Shown piece after piece: positions 1 to 11,465 of a DNA stretch of 53,341 bases (positions are counted from its first letter, which is position 1; every line of letters begins with the position of its first letter). Origin of the DNA: Bacteriovoracaceae bacterium (lineage in GTDB: Bacteria > Bdellovibrionota > Bacteriovoracia > Bacteriovoracales > Bacteriovoracaceae). Both the position numbers and the translations under genes were made by a program. Where the stretch lies: NCBI GenBank assembly GCA_041586955.1, contig JBFGZE010000013.1, forward strand, positions 1 to 53,341, written 5' to 3'. Under the pieces are notes generated by a model, which did no database searches, was not told the origin of the DNA, and saw only the letters and a program-made list of their open reading frames with translations.

Positions 1-900
1 CCAGCAGATAATGCTGATAAAAAAGAAATAGAAAAAGCGGAGCGCCCAAAAAGAGGGGAGGGTCTTAATATCTCTTTTCCGATTACTTCTGGATACCCTC
101 TCTTTTGGTTACAGAAGATGGTGATTTCATCCAAGGGAATGCAAGATGTAGAGTTTTCAGGGACCCTCGAAAATGTCACCAATGATCCAATCTTTCTACA
201 AAAACCAGCGACCTTTGATCTAGAAGGTAATTTTCAGGCCTTTAAAGTGAAGGCAGCTAAAGTGCAAGCGGTCTTTGATCATACGAAAGCGCCAGCGACA
301 GAAAGCTTCTCTGTCGATTTACAAGGCCTGGTCGTAGAGAATATGATGTTTGGTCAATCAAGTCACCAAATAGGGCTTAAAAAGGCGATTGCTACCAGCA
401 ATATTAAAGGGCAAATCGTTGGCGAAACAATCAAAATTTCATCTTTTAATCAATTTCATCAACCCCAATATTATGTTGAATCAAAATCGGAAAAGTTTAA
501 ATCCTTAATGACAGATGTTCTAAGTGATATTCCTCTCATTAATATTGAAGCAAAGGCCCAGGGATCTCTTAGTCAAATTAAATGGAGCTTTTCTTCTAAT
601 TTAGGCGATGAGATTTCTCGCGGGGTTCATGCCCAGGTTAAAAAGAAAATCAAGGCCAAAGAAAAGGAAATTAAAGATAAGGTCAATAAACGCATTGCGG
701 GTAAAAAAGAGAAATTTGAAAAACAATATCAAAAAGTTAGTTCAAAGATTAAGCAGGCACTTGCTAAAAATGAAAAAGAAATAGATAAGGCCAAGTCTAA
801 TGCCACTAAAGAGCTTACAGGGAAGCAGAAGAATGCGAAGTCCGGGCCTGCTAAAAAACTAGAGAAAAAAGCGAAAAAGCTCCTCAAAAAACTTTTTTAA
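1..900 (+). CDS. 5'-truncated envelope protein, TIGR03545-like family, Lys-rich coiled-coil C-terminus
   Basis: Frame is open from base 1 (PADNADKKEIEKAERPKRGEGLNISFPITSGYPLFWLQKM...), so the gene starts upstream of the window. The R-G-x-x-x-I-x-F...YPxF pattern and KKLLKKLF end resemble TIGR03545. Confidence 0.6.
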   Translation, partial: PADNADKKEIEKAERPKRGEGLNISFPITSGYPLFWLQKMVISSKGMQDVEFSGTLENVTNDPIFLQKPATFDLEGNFQAFKVKAAKVQAVFDHTKAPATESFSVDLQGLVVENMMFGQSSHQIGLKKAIATSNIKGQIVGETIKISSFNQFHQPQYYVESKSEKFKSLMTDVLSDIPLINIEAKAQGSLSQIKWSFSSNLGDEISRGVHAQVKKKIKAKEKEIKDKVNKRIAGKKEKFEKQYQKVSSKIKQALAKNEKEIDKAKSNATKELTGKQKNAKSGPAKKLEKKAKKLLKKLF

Positions 901-2366
901 AAAATCTTAGTTTTAACAAGCTTAGAGTTTCGTGAGAGCCCTGTGTCTTTGGAGAGAGTTTCAGGATCTTTAAAGGCATTCTTTAAGTTTTCTAAAACCT
1001 TATCGTTAAACTTTTTGACGATTAAAGGATCTTTACATATCTCACTAAGTGCGACTCGGGGTGATAATTCCTTATCCGCAATATAATCGGTAAAGAAGTT
1101 CGCTAGACTGATAATTTTAGAAATGGTGAGAAGCTTATCGTCCCGTAGTCCATCAGGAAAACCTGAGCCATCACTATATTCATGATGTTGCCTAATAACT
1201 TGTTTGATTGAGGTGGTGATCAATCTATTTTCCTCAAGAAGTTGGGTGCTATAGATGGGATGTTTTTTATATTCGGCCAATTCTTCTTCATTCATTTCTC
1301 GTGGGTTCTTTTCCAGGATCGTGGCGGGTAATTTGGTTTTGCCAATATCATGTAATAGGGCGGCAATGCCCGCAGTCTCTAAACTTTGAGGTGTTTTCCA
1401 TTTAAATTGATTCACAATCATGGAAGTAAATAGGCATACCATATAGGAATGGCTAAAACTGGTAGGGTCAAAATCATTTAAATTACTGACCACTTTAAAT
1501 AATTGCTTATCACTTTGAATCATATTAAAAATATTGTTACAAAGCTCTTTTCCCTGTTCCAGGATTTGTGGCTTGACCCCCGTTAAATCAACCTCATCGA
1601 CAAAGTTTTGAGCGACAATCTTTAAAACCTTGCCCTTGACCTGGGTTTTATCTGAGGCATGTTTTTTTATGAGGCGGTTTGCCAGTAGGTTACAGAAACG
1701 AATGTATTTACGACGGTCTCTTTTATGGAAGTAGAGGGAGCTAACACCTTTATTTTCTCTATAATGAGTAATTCTATCTTGAGCAAATGAATCGCCCGCA
1801 TGAAGAATCTTTAAAAACTTCTTATCATTAATTTTGATGAAAACGTCAAAGAGCACTTTTCTATTGGGGATAAAGTCTACCATAGGGACTTCAAAGTAAC
1901 TATCAGAGTTAGCGTCAACTTCTTCGACATCAGATTGCCCTTCATTATCAGGCATATTTTTCATTAATTGATCAACTGATTGTGCGCCTTCAACTAATGA
2001 TAATAAGTCTTCCAGGGGAAAGGGGCGGATGAGAGCATCAATGGCACCGAGACGATTTAATTGCCATTCTGTGAGAACCCCTTCATCGATCATGCGGCGT
2101 GAACTTAAGATGACGGTCGTATCAAGTTTGGGAAAACGTAGTCGCAAAAACTTCATAACCTGGGGGCCTGAGTAATTCTGGACCTCTAGGTTAATGATGA
2201 CTTGGAAGTATTCTTGCTGACCCTTTTGAAAGCTTTTAGAGATCATCAATTGAGCATCTTTACCATTTTCTACAGTATCGATGGCATAACCTCTTTGGGT
2301 AAAGAAGTCTTTCGCGGCCAAAAGCCAGTCGGAGTCAGGGTCTACACATAATAAACGTAGGGCCAT
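897..2366 (-). CDS. Receiver-like domain + HD-GYP-family (HD-GFP variant) cyclic dinucleotide phosphodiesterase-like protein
   Basis: N-terminal REC-like pattern (LLCVD...GYAIDTVENG); C-terminal HS...LLHDIGK...HHEYSDGSGFPDGL. Confidence 0.85.
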   Translation of the reverse strand: MALRLLCVDPDSDWLLAAKDFFTQRGYAIDTVENGKDAQLMISKSFQKGQQEYFQVIINLEVQNYSGPQVMKFLRLRFPKLDTTVILSSRRMIDEGVLTEWQLNRLGAIDALIRPFPLEDLLSLVEGAQSVDQLMKNMPDNEGQSDVEEVDANSDSYFEVPMVDFIPNRKVLFDVFIKINDKKFLKILHAGDSFAQDRITHYRENKGVSSLYFHKRDRRKYIRFCNLLANRLIKKHASDKTQVKGKVLKIVAQNFVDEVDLTGVKPQILEQGKELCNNIFNMIQSDKQLFKVVSNLNDFDPTSFSHSYMVCLFTSMIVNQFKWKTPQSLETAGIAALLHDIGKTKLPATILEKNPREMNEEELAEYKKHPIYSTQLLEENRLITTSIKQVIRQHHEYSDGSGFPDGLRDDKLLTISKIISLANFFTDYIADKELSPRVALSEICKDPLIVKKFNDKVLENLKNAFKDPETLSKDTGLSRNSKLVKTKIF

Positions 2367-2489
2367 AGGGACTATTCTCGCTAGATGTCGAATATTTCAT
2401 TCACTATCTATCTTAACCAGATTTCCCAAAAGAGGGAATATCTAGAACTAATTGCAGGCCAAGGTATTGCAAAGCTAGAATGTATGGCC

Positions 2490-4721
2490 TTAATCGAGAA
2501 CTATCTTTTCCAACCTCTGGATGTTAATCATCGTGCCTAAATTAATTAACTGACCATTTGGCCTTTGAATAAAATAGGCCGGTACTCCCACCAGGCCATG
2601 GCCTTGAAGAAATTTTTCAATGAGTGGATCGCCATTAGTATAATCACCCAATAGTAATTTGAGGTTATTCTTCTCAATGAAAGTTTTAAAGGACTTGGTT
2701 TCTAGCACCGTTTTGTCGTTAATTTTGCAGGTGACGCACCATTTTGCAGTGAAATCGATAAAAACCCACTCTTGCTTTTGTTGATAATAGGCCATCTTCT
2801 CAGCTGACCATTTCTCCCATGGGAGTCCTTTACTCTGTTTTTCCTCCAAATAACGATTACTGGCCTGTGGTAATTGTTCGGGAATTAATTGGTAGGCATA
2901 GATAAAAAGCACCGTAGGGAAGATGAGAAGCACATTTTTTGCCAATTTGTTACTGACTTTGCGCCTAAAAATAAGAGTGATTCCTAATAAAATGAGGCCA
3001 ACCCCTAAAGCGAGGCAGACCATTTGATTTTCAGTCAGGGCAAAAAGAATATCGAATAACCATAATAAAGTGATGAGGAGGATAATACCCAATGCCTTTT
3101 TTAAAGTGATCATCCATTGCCCAGGTTTAGGCAGGAATTTAATTAAGGCAGGAAAAAAGCCGGTTAATAGAAATGGAGAGGCCAAACCAAGGCCGATCGC
3201 TAAAAAGGTCAGAGTTATTTCTAAAGGGGGTGAAGTAAAAGCAAAGGTCAAGGCCGTTCCCAAGAAAGGAGCACTACAGGGAGTGGCCAGAAGTGTGGCC
3301 AAAACCCCATTAAAAAAGTCGGCGAATGGACCTTCTCCTAGTTTGATAGCGCCAATTTTATTACCACCTGGGGTATGAAACTCAAATAGGCCCAGCATAT
3401 TGAGACCTAAGACATAAATGATAAGAATCATCGCCAAAATAAAGCCTGGTGATTGCATTTGAAATCCCCAACCGATACCTTGTCCGGTGGCCTTAATGAC
3501 AATGACAACGATCGCCATTACCAGAAAGCTTGCGAGAACCCCAAAGGAATAAAGGAGATTATGACGTAAAATAAGTGATTTATTTTTCTCCCTAATACTA
3601 AGAAGATGAAAGAGCTTTAAAGAGATGACTGGTAATACACAAGGCATAATATTCAAAATAAGACCGCCAATAAATGCGAGGGCAAGAAAATAGAGAAGCC
3701 CATTCTTTTGAGGTGCAGGCAATGGGAAAGGGTCGGAGCTGGTGCTCTTTTGGGGTAAGTCGGCTCCTTTTTTTAAATCAACCTTACTAAGAAGAGAGAA
3801 GAATTGATTGAGCTCTTCTGTGCCATTTAAATCAAAGCGAGTAAAAGTTTTCTCGATGATTTGCGCTTCTTGCCTTTCTGGATGAAATAAATGAAAGGTC
3901 ATGGTAATAGGTTTTTCAAAAAGGCCATCTTTTGGCAATTGCATTGGAGGTTCTTCGTATTCACCATCCCAGCTAATCGGTGTTTTTCCGTAAAGAATAC
4001 CTTTGCTATCAAGTGCCAATGATTCATGTCTAAAGTCAAGAGGAGAGACTCTTAGCGGTGTGAGAAAATTGATATCATTGATCTTAAGATGTTTTGTTGC
4101 AGAGGAAAAATTATAAAATAAAACAAGGCCATCTGTGGTGGGGTCCTTTTTTAGAACAATGTCGAGCTCTTTCGGCCATTGCGCTTTTTTGGGTAATAGC
4201 ATCAAGAGTTTTTGTAATTGGTCATGGGAAAAGGTGACACCTGTCTCGTTTACTCCTGAGTCAGTGGTCAAAGAGTTTAGTTCCTTTTTCCCGGGAATGC
4301 AGATATGTTTACAGACTAACCACGTTAAATTGGCCTTGAAAGGCCGATTAGTCCATGTGCTGGTTAGCTCTTCGGGCAATCGGTAAAAAAGAGAATATTC
4401 GTTGATCAGTCCGTAAGTCCATAAGTTTTCACCTTCAGTAAATCGTGTGGGGCTTGGCCATTGGAGGGCCTCTAATTCAAGTGGTTTATTATTGACAGTA
4501 AATTTAACTTTAATGCTGAGCCCAGAATCACCTGGGTTTTGCCAATAGGTATGCCAATGAGGATGGTTTTTAAAATTAATGGCCAAGTAGTTTTGGTTAT
4601 CTTTTTTAAAGGTTTGCATACCCACAAGAACTGGTTCTGCTGGAATTTCTTCCTGGTTGTCCATCGCGATTAGGGGGGCCTGCCATAGAAAAAGAACTAT
4701 TACGAGAATTTGAGAAAACAC
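2490..4721 (-). CDS. dsbD: DsbD/ScsB-family protein-disulfide reductase
   Basis: WHTYWQNPGDSG and CKHIC in the N-domain; TM domain with MPCVLP and TPCSAP; thioredoxin WCVTC; GTG start with GGAGG upstream. Confidence 0.9.
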   Translation of the reverse strand: MFSQILVIVLFLWQAPLIAMDNQEEIPAEPVLVGMQTFKKDNQNYLAINFKNHPHWHTYWQNPGDSGLSIKVKFTVNNKPLELEALQWPSPTRFTEGENLWTYGLINEYSLFYRLPEELTSTWTNRPFKANLTWLVCKHICIPGKKELNSLTTDSGVNETGVTFSHDQLQKLLMLLPKKAQWPKELDIVLKKDPTTDGLVLFYNFSSATKHLKINDINFLTPLRVSPLDFRHESLALDSKGILYGKTPISWDGEYEEPPMQLPKDGLFEKPITMTFHLFHPERQEAQIIEKTFTRFDLNGTEELNQFFSLLSKVDLKKGADLPQKSTSSDPFPLPAPQKNGLLYFLALAFIGGLILNIMPCVLPVISLKLFHLLSIREKNKSLILRHNLLYSFGVLASFLVMAIVVIVIKATGQGIGWGFQMQSPGFILAMILIIYVLGLNMLGLFEFHTPGGNKIGAIKLGEGPFADFFNGVLATLLATPCSAPFLGTALTFAFTSPPLEITLTFLAIGLGLASPFLLTGFFPALIKFLPKPGQWMITLKKALGIILLITLLWLFDILFALTENQMVCLALGVGLILLGITLIFRRKVSNKLAKNVLLIFPTVLFIYAYQLIPEQLPQASNRYLEEKQSKGLPWEKWSAEKMAYYQQKQEWVFIDFTAKWCVTCKINDKTVLETKSFKTFIEKNNLKLLLGDYTNGDPLIEKFLQGHGLVGVPAYFIQRPNGQLINLGTMINIQRLEKIVLD

Positions 4722-4765
4722 GAGTTAAACCTCCAACCAATTGAGAATTGGCATATTCTAACAAG

Positions 4766-4783
4766 TTGTCACATAAGTGTCAT
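4766..4783 (+). promoter_or_regulatory. Candidate PhoB/OmpR-type direct-repeat box
   Basis: TTGTCAC-ATAA-GTGTCAT with 11-bp period, in the divergent intergenic region upstream of dsbD. Confidence 0.35.
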
Positions 4784-5128
4784 GTGCCTATGGTGCTCAT
4801 TATCCCATGAAACGTGTGGGGTTACTTATATTCTATGTCATTTTGAGGTCAACTTTCTGCGAAGGATCATTTATATGATTGAAAGGGCCTTGGAGTTTTT
4901 TATGCCATTATTTTTCCTCGGAGGCGATATTTCTGGGAATCAAAACCGACCTGCCTTCGCCAAAAAAATGGGTTGAGGTTCTAATGGATTACTTCTGTGG
5001 TGTTTAACCTAATTTCAATTGTTTAGATGGATGAAATAACCTTTTTTGATTCAGTATTAAGATTTTTGTCTTTTTTTCCGATTAGCCTAAAGAGTTAATA
5101 AGAAGTTTTAGCTTTAAGGCAAATAATT

Positions 5129-5878
5129 ATGAAAAATTTGAGTAAAACGACATTAATGACTTTTCTGATTCTCTCGCTTTCCTCTTGTGATTTGGCACAA
5201 AGGATTGAAAAGAGGGCCGCTCAAATTAATAGATATGAGGATACGGCCCTTTTACTGGCCAAGGAAAACCGCGACCTAAAAGCGGAAATCAATCGTCTTA
5301 AGTTTGAAATTGAATCATTGGATTCCAAAAATAATTATTTAAAAATAAAATTAGAAAAACAGGTTTCTGAGTTTAACAAGGCCAAGGGTGCGAGAACGAT
5401 TGCTTCAGTACACCCTAAACCTGCACCACGAGCAGCGGTAGACCCTAAGAATGATTTAGTGAAATTTGACGTTTATAAGTGGACGCCAAATCAAATTTTG
5501 GCGATGGCCGAAAAGGAATTTGAGGCCAAGAATTTTGAAAGGTCCGCTCAATTTTTTAACGTTTTTTATACAAATTTTCCTGGGCATAAGAAAGTAGATG
5601 ATAATTTTCTTTTCCAGGCGGGAGTTGCTGCTTATGAGTCTGGCAAGCATCCTGATTGGGTTTTGACCAATATGGAAAAACTAGTACGTGAATATCCGGC
5701 GTCACCTTTTTATCGAGGGGCGAAGTTATGGATGGCTCTTACTTATTTAAATCAGGGCAAGGAAGATCATTTTTTTACAATCGTCGAAGAATTTAGAAAG
5801 AAGTATAAAAATACTTCTGAATGGAAAATCTTGAGCAAGCATTATGAAAAAATTGTACAAAATTACAAAAAGAACTAG
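5129..5878 (+). CDS. Lipoprotein with coiled coil and TPR-like C-terminal domain (CpoB/YbgF-like architecture)
   Basis: Lipobox LSSC; heptad coiled coil; TPR-like helices (F...FP..., LVREYPAS). Confidence 0.65.
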   Translation: MKNLSKTTLMTFLILSLSSCDLAQRIEKRAAQINRYEDTALLLAKENRDLKAEINRLKFEIESLDSKNNYLKIKLEKQVSEFNKAKGARTIASVHPKPAPRAAVDPKNDLVKFDVYKWTPNQILAMAEKEFEAKNFERSAQFFNVFYTNFPGHKKVDDNFLFQAGVAAYESGKHPDWVLTNMEKLVREYPASPFYRGAKLWMALTYLNQGKEDHFFTIVEEFRKKYKNTSEWKILSKHYEKIVQNYKKN

Positions 5879-7058
5879 TTTCATTGCGGCGGCCCTCTTT
5901 TTGGGCCTCACTCAATTATGGGCGCAAAGTCCCATTGGGATGGTACACGAAGTTCGCGGCAATGTTTTTATGACCCACCTGGGGAAAACTCTACAATTAA
6001 GGGCGGGCGCTCATATTTACGATTTTGCTGAAATCTTTACTGAAGCGGGCTCACAAGTCACCGTTTCCGATTATTTTGACCATCAATTTCACTTGTCCGG
6101 TTCAGGGCATATACGTTTTCTCAATAAAATTGTCGAAGTGAAGTCGGGCTATTTATGGTTTCAATCGCTTAGTAATGCCAATGGTCACTTTTATATTCAA
6201 ACGGCGAACGCCCAAGTTGACTATGAATTAGGTGAGGGGATTGTCAGTTTTGATAGCGTTGGAGGTAAAACTCAATTTCTCGCAGTAAATGGTCATTTTA
6301 CTTTGGCCAATATTTTAGAGCCTGAAAGGTTTGTTGAAATATCAGATGGCCAATTTTCTTTTGTGAAGAAAGATTATAGCAATGGAATTCCTAGAAAACC
6401 GACGCCTATAGGTTTTAGCTCCTATAAAAAGGTGACTGCTTTATTTCATTCTATTGCTCCACTCAATAAAAGAGCGATCAATAATATTCGCTTAGGTGAT
6501 TCCGATCCAGAAGAGAAGAGAATGGCGAAGGCCCCTACTGCCCAGGTCTCCCAACACGATAGTGCTTTTGAAAAGGCCTTGAGCCAGAAGAAACCAAGCG
6601 GCCAGCGCTCGATAGCTTCTACAAACGAGAATAATGGGCGTACTGTTTTTATTCGCCGGGAAGCGAACCCCATCCAAAGGGAAGCTCAGGCCAATCGTAT
6701 GATTAATTATCATAAGGGTAAAGTACAAGATTTGAACCGACCTAGGCCTAAAAAGAAGTTTAGACCCGAGTCAGAATATGTTGGAAAATCCAACGTCAAA
6801 ATTAACATTTTTGGGCAAGATCGGGCCGATGTTAAGTACGAATATGTTCATAAAAGAGTTGTTCAAGAAGAGTCCGCTCCACGCAGAGTCCCGGCCTCCC
6901 TTAATGAGCTCAAAGCACCTGCTGCAGTTCATCGGCCGCAGATTTTTGAGAATAGGTTAGTGGATGAGTATAAGAAGCAAATGCGCCATAGCAATGAGGT
7001 CAATCAATTGATTGATGAGCTTAAAAGTTATGATATGGACTATAAGAAATCCTATTAA
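5844..7058 (+). CDS. Secreted protein with FecR-like beta-rich N-terminal domain and disordered C-terminus
   Basis: Signal peptide; GMVHEVRGNV...IFTEAGSQV...IQTANAQV pattern typical of FecR-like domains. Confidence 0.55.
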   Translation: MKKLYKITKRTSFIAAALFLGLTQLWAQSPIGMVHEVRGNVFMTHLGKTLQLRAGAHIYDFAEIFTEAGSQVTVSDYFDHQFHLSGSGHIRFLNKIVEVKSGYLWFQSLSNANGHFYIQTANAQVDYELGEGIVSFDSVGGKTQFLAVNGHFTLANILEPERFVEISDGQFSFVKKDYSNGIPRKPTPIGFSSYKKVTALFHSIAPLNKRAINNIRLGDSDPEEKRMAKAPTAQVSQHDSAFEKALSQKKPSGQRSIASTNENNGRTVFIRREANPIQREAQANRMINYHKGKVQDLNRPRPKKKFRPESEYVGKSNVKINIFGQDRADVKYEYVHKRVVQEESAPRRVPASLNELKAPAAVHRPQIFENRLVDEYKKQMRHSNEVNQLIDELKSYDMDYKKSY

Positions 7059-7087
7059 AAAGAAACTCTTTATATCTTGATGGAATT

Positions 7088-7114
7088 GGGTGGTTTAAAA
7101 CTGCCCTTTTTTTT
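7088..7114 (+). terminator. Intrinsic terminator
   Basis: GGGTGGTTT-A-AAACTGCCC hairpin followed by T8. Confidence 0.7.
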
Positions 7115-7176
7115 GACACCCTATCATTTTTTTAATGTCAGTCGCTAATTAACTATAATTACACTATAATCTGTAA

Positions 7177-8682
<1,506 letters not shown>

Positions 8683-8705
8683 AAAATAAACGAAAGGATT
8701 AGTCC

Positions 8706-10256
8706 GTGGAAAAAAGACAAATATGGATTGCTGATTTTGGATCTCAATACACTCAATTAATTACTCGAAAAACGCGAGAGTTAGGTCACTCTAGTGCTAT
8801 TTATACTATTGATGAAGTGATCGGAGCACTTAAGGCGGGAAAAAAACCTCAGGCCATTATTTTATCAGGAGGCCCTCAGTCCGTTTTTGAAGATCATACT
8901 GATTACTCGGCCGTCTGGGAAAGTAATTTACCGATTCTCGGTATCTGTTACGGCATGCAATTAATGGCCAAAGAATTTGGTGGTGTCGTTGAGAAGGGGA
9001 GTATCGGTGAATATGGGCATGCCCAGATTCATTTTGAAAATGGATCTTCTATTAAGGGATGCCCAGATCAATTTAGTGTATGGATGAGCCATTTTGACCA
9101 TGTTGCCAAGATTCCAACTAACTTTAAAACAATAATTAAAAGTAATAATGATTTAATTGCTGGAATTGAGCATAGGGAACGTCCCATACTAGGGCTTCAG
9201 TTTCATCCTGAAGTGAACCACAGTGAACACGGCAATGATATCCTCCGATATTTTTATGACGACGTTGCCAATCTCCATAAAGATTGGAGTACCAAGGAAA
9301 TGCTGAAGGAAGCACGTGCAGAAGTCGAAGTTCTTGGGGAGGCCCAGGTTCTTTGTGCTTTTTCAGGGGGCGTCGACTCTTTAGTGGCCGCAACTTTATC
9401 CGAACCAATTCTAGGTAAAAACTTACACTGCTTTTTTGTAGATAATGGACTTTTACGTCCTCAGGATTATGGCCATATTGAATTATTAAAAGAAAAAACA
9501 AATCTCAATATTCAAGTGGTTAATGCCAAAGACTTATTCTTGTCTGAATTGGAGGGGATTGCTGATCCTGAAGAAAAACGTAAAATGATTGGCCATAAAT
9601 TTATTGAAGTCTTTGAGCAGAAAGTTCATGAATATGAAGAGCATAAGGGTATTACCTTTACTCACTTGCTACAGGGGACTCTCTATCCCGATGTTATAGA
9701 ATCAATCTCACCCCACCAAAAAGGTGGAAAGTCTGCGACGATTAAGAGTCATCATAATGTTGGAGGCCTACCTGAGCGCATGAAACTTAAGTTAGTCGAA
9801 CCATTACGTTACCTTTTTAAAGATGAAGTCCGCCTGATCGGAGAAGAGTTGGGACTTAAATATAAATGGGTACACCGTCACCCCTTTCCAGGTCCAGGTA
9901 TCGGAATTCGTGTTCTGGGAGAGTTAAGTGCTGAGCGCATTCTCAAAGTTCAGGAATCTGACCAAATTTTATTTGAAGAACTCACTAATGAGAAGATGTA
10001 TGAAAATACCTGGCAGGCCTTTACAGTTCTTTTGCCGGTTAAAACCGTCGGAGTGAAAGGTGATGCTCGAGCCTATGAAGAAGTTATTTGTATCCGAATG
10101 GTTAATAGTTCAGATGGTATGACCGCCAATTTTACCCGGGCTCCTTTTGAGTTTTTGGAAAAAGTAAGTCGACGGATTACTAATGAAGTCGCTGGAGTGA
10201 CCCGCGTGGTTTATGATATTACTTCGAAGCCTCCTGGTACTATCGAATGGGAGTAG
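8706..10256 (+). CDS. guaA: GMP synthase (glutamine-hydrolysing)
   Basis: DFGSQYTQLI, GICYGMQ, QFHPE, SGGVDS, C-terminal KPPGTIEWE. Confidence 0.98.
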   Translation: MEKRQIWIADFGSQYTQLITRKTRELGHSSAIYTIDEVIGALKAGKKPQAIILSGGPQSVFEDHTDYSAVWESNLPILGICYGMQLMAKEFGGVVEKGSIGEYGHAQIHFENGSSIKGCPDQFSVWMSHFDHVAKIPTNFKTIIKSNNDLIAGIEHRERPILGLQFHPEVNHSEHGNDILRYFYDDVANLHKDWSTKEMLKEARAEVEVLGEAQVLCAFSGGVDSLVAATLSEPILGKNLHCFFVDNGLLRPQDYGHIELLKEKTNLNIQVVNAKDLFLSELEGIADPEEKRKMIGHKFIEVFEQKVHEYEEHKGITFTHLLQGTLYPDVIESISPHQKGGKSATIKSHHNVGGLPERMKLKLVEPLRYLFKDEVRLIGEELGLKYKWVHRHPFPGPGIGIRVLGELSAERILKVQESDQILFEELTNEKMYENTWQAFTVLLPVKTVGVKGDARAYEEVICIRMVNSSDGMTANFTRAPFEFLEKVSRRITNEVAGVTRVVYDITSKPPGTIEWE

Positions 10257-10736
10257 CCTTAGGACTCAAGTGAGTGGTATGAGGACCCCATTGTTTTTAT
10301 ATTTTGAAAATTTAGGTTAAGGAAGAGTAAGGTCCTGCAACTCCATGTTCCTCCTGAATGCGGAGAACTTAACCTGAATTCCTATGTTCATTCGCAATTT
10401 AAGTAGCTATGTTTTCACCAAATATATGCTTTCATACCCTATTTGTTTTCTGTTAAGTTAAAATATTTCAATGTGGATTTCTCGAAAACTTGGTAGAAGC
10501 ACTTTATGGTGCCAACCTCAAGCGTGGTACTCGCACCTTGATTCTTATTTTTTGTCACGCTAATGACGCGAATCGTTTGGCGGTCGCATGCCCTGATAAA
10601 TTTAAAAAGAAGATGGACGAAAGCATATGGCGTTTGTTAAAAACAAGAGTCTAAAAAATAATTTTTAATAAAAATCTTAAACCTTATCCTAAAAAAGACA
10701 TCATTTTTACGAATACAACTCGAGGTAAGCGAAATT

Positions 10737-11462
10737 ATGAAAAATATAATAATAATTTTAATTTTCACAACTCTATTTTCTTGTCATCAAGAAAAGGAGA
10801 ATGAGTTCAGATTTGCGGTATCAGGAGAGTTTAAACCATTTAGCTATGTCGATAAAGATGGTAACTTAACTGGATTTGACGTTGAACTTGGTCGCCTAAT
10901 AGCGAAAGAGCTTAAAAAAACACCTGTCTGTGTGAAATACAAGTTTTCAGGAATAATAGAAGGCCTCAAATCGGGCCGCTTTGACGCAGCGGTTGCTAGC
11001 CATACGATAACCGATGAGAGGAAAAAGCATGTCAACTTTTCTCTTCCTTATTACTATTCTGGGCCTCAGGCTTTTTCTCGAACTAAAAAAGATAAAATAA
11101 ACTTGGAAAATTTGGAGATTGCAGTCTCAAAGGGATCGACATATCAAAAAATGGCACAATCATACTCAGAAAACGTTAAGGTATACGATAGTGACAATAC
11201 AGCTTTAGAAGCGTTGTCTCGCGGAAGGCATGAGGCCGTCATCACGGATAGAGTGACTGGTGCAATGGCACTGAAAAAAGGTATTAATGTTTTTCCCAAT
11301 CAATCTCTGGGGCAAAGTCAGCAAGGAATAGCATTGGCCAAAGAAAAGCAGGAATTACTAAAGGAAATTAATAAAATATTGTCTAAATTAAAAAGTGACG
11401 GATCACTAATGAACTTGAGCAAGAAGTACTTTGGTGCAGATATAACGAGAGAAAAGAGCTAA
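10737..11462 (+). CDS. Polar amino-acid ABC transporter substrate-binding lipoprotein
   Basis: Lipobox LFSC; PFSY...GFDVELG; ITDERKKHVNFS.PYY (SBP_bac_3 pattern). Confidence 0.92.
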   Translation: MKNIIIILIFTTLFSCHQEKENEFRFAVSGEFKPFSYVDKDGNLTGFDVELGRLIAKELKKTPVCVKYKFSGIIEGLKSGRFDAAVASHTITDERKKHVNFSLPYYYSGPQAFSRTKKDKINLENLEIAVSKGSTYQKMAQSYSENVKVYDSDNTALEALSRGRHEAVITDRVTGAMALKKGINVFPNQSLGQSQQGIALAKEKQELLKEINKILSKLKSDGSLMNLSKKYFGADITREKS

Positions 11463-11465
11463 TTA

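Noticed and set aside
2456..2471. Sigma54-like GG-N10-GC motif (AGGCCAAGGTATTGCA)
   Set aside because: Lies on the + strand facing the 3' end of the minus-strand dsbD, with no gene to drive
4710..4976. 88-aa ORF in the dsbD promoter region
   Set aside because: TTG start overlapping dsbD, no RBS, no recognisable motif; likely spurious
7113..7170. Sigma70 promoter for guaB (TTGACA plus two TATAAT)
   Set aside because: TTGACA is 35 bp or more from either TATAAT, so no correctly spaced pair could be assigned
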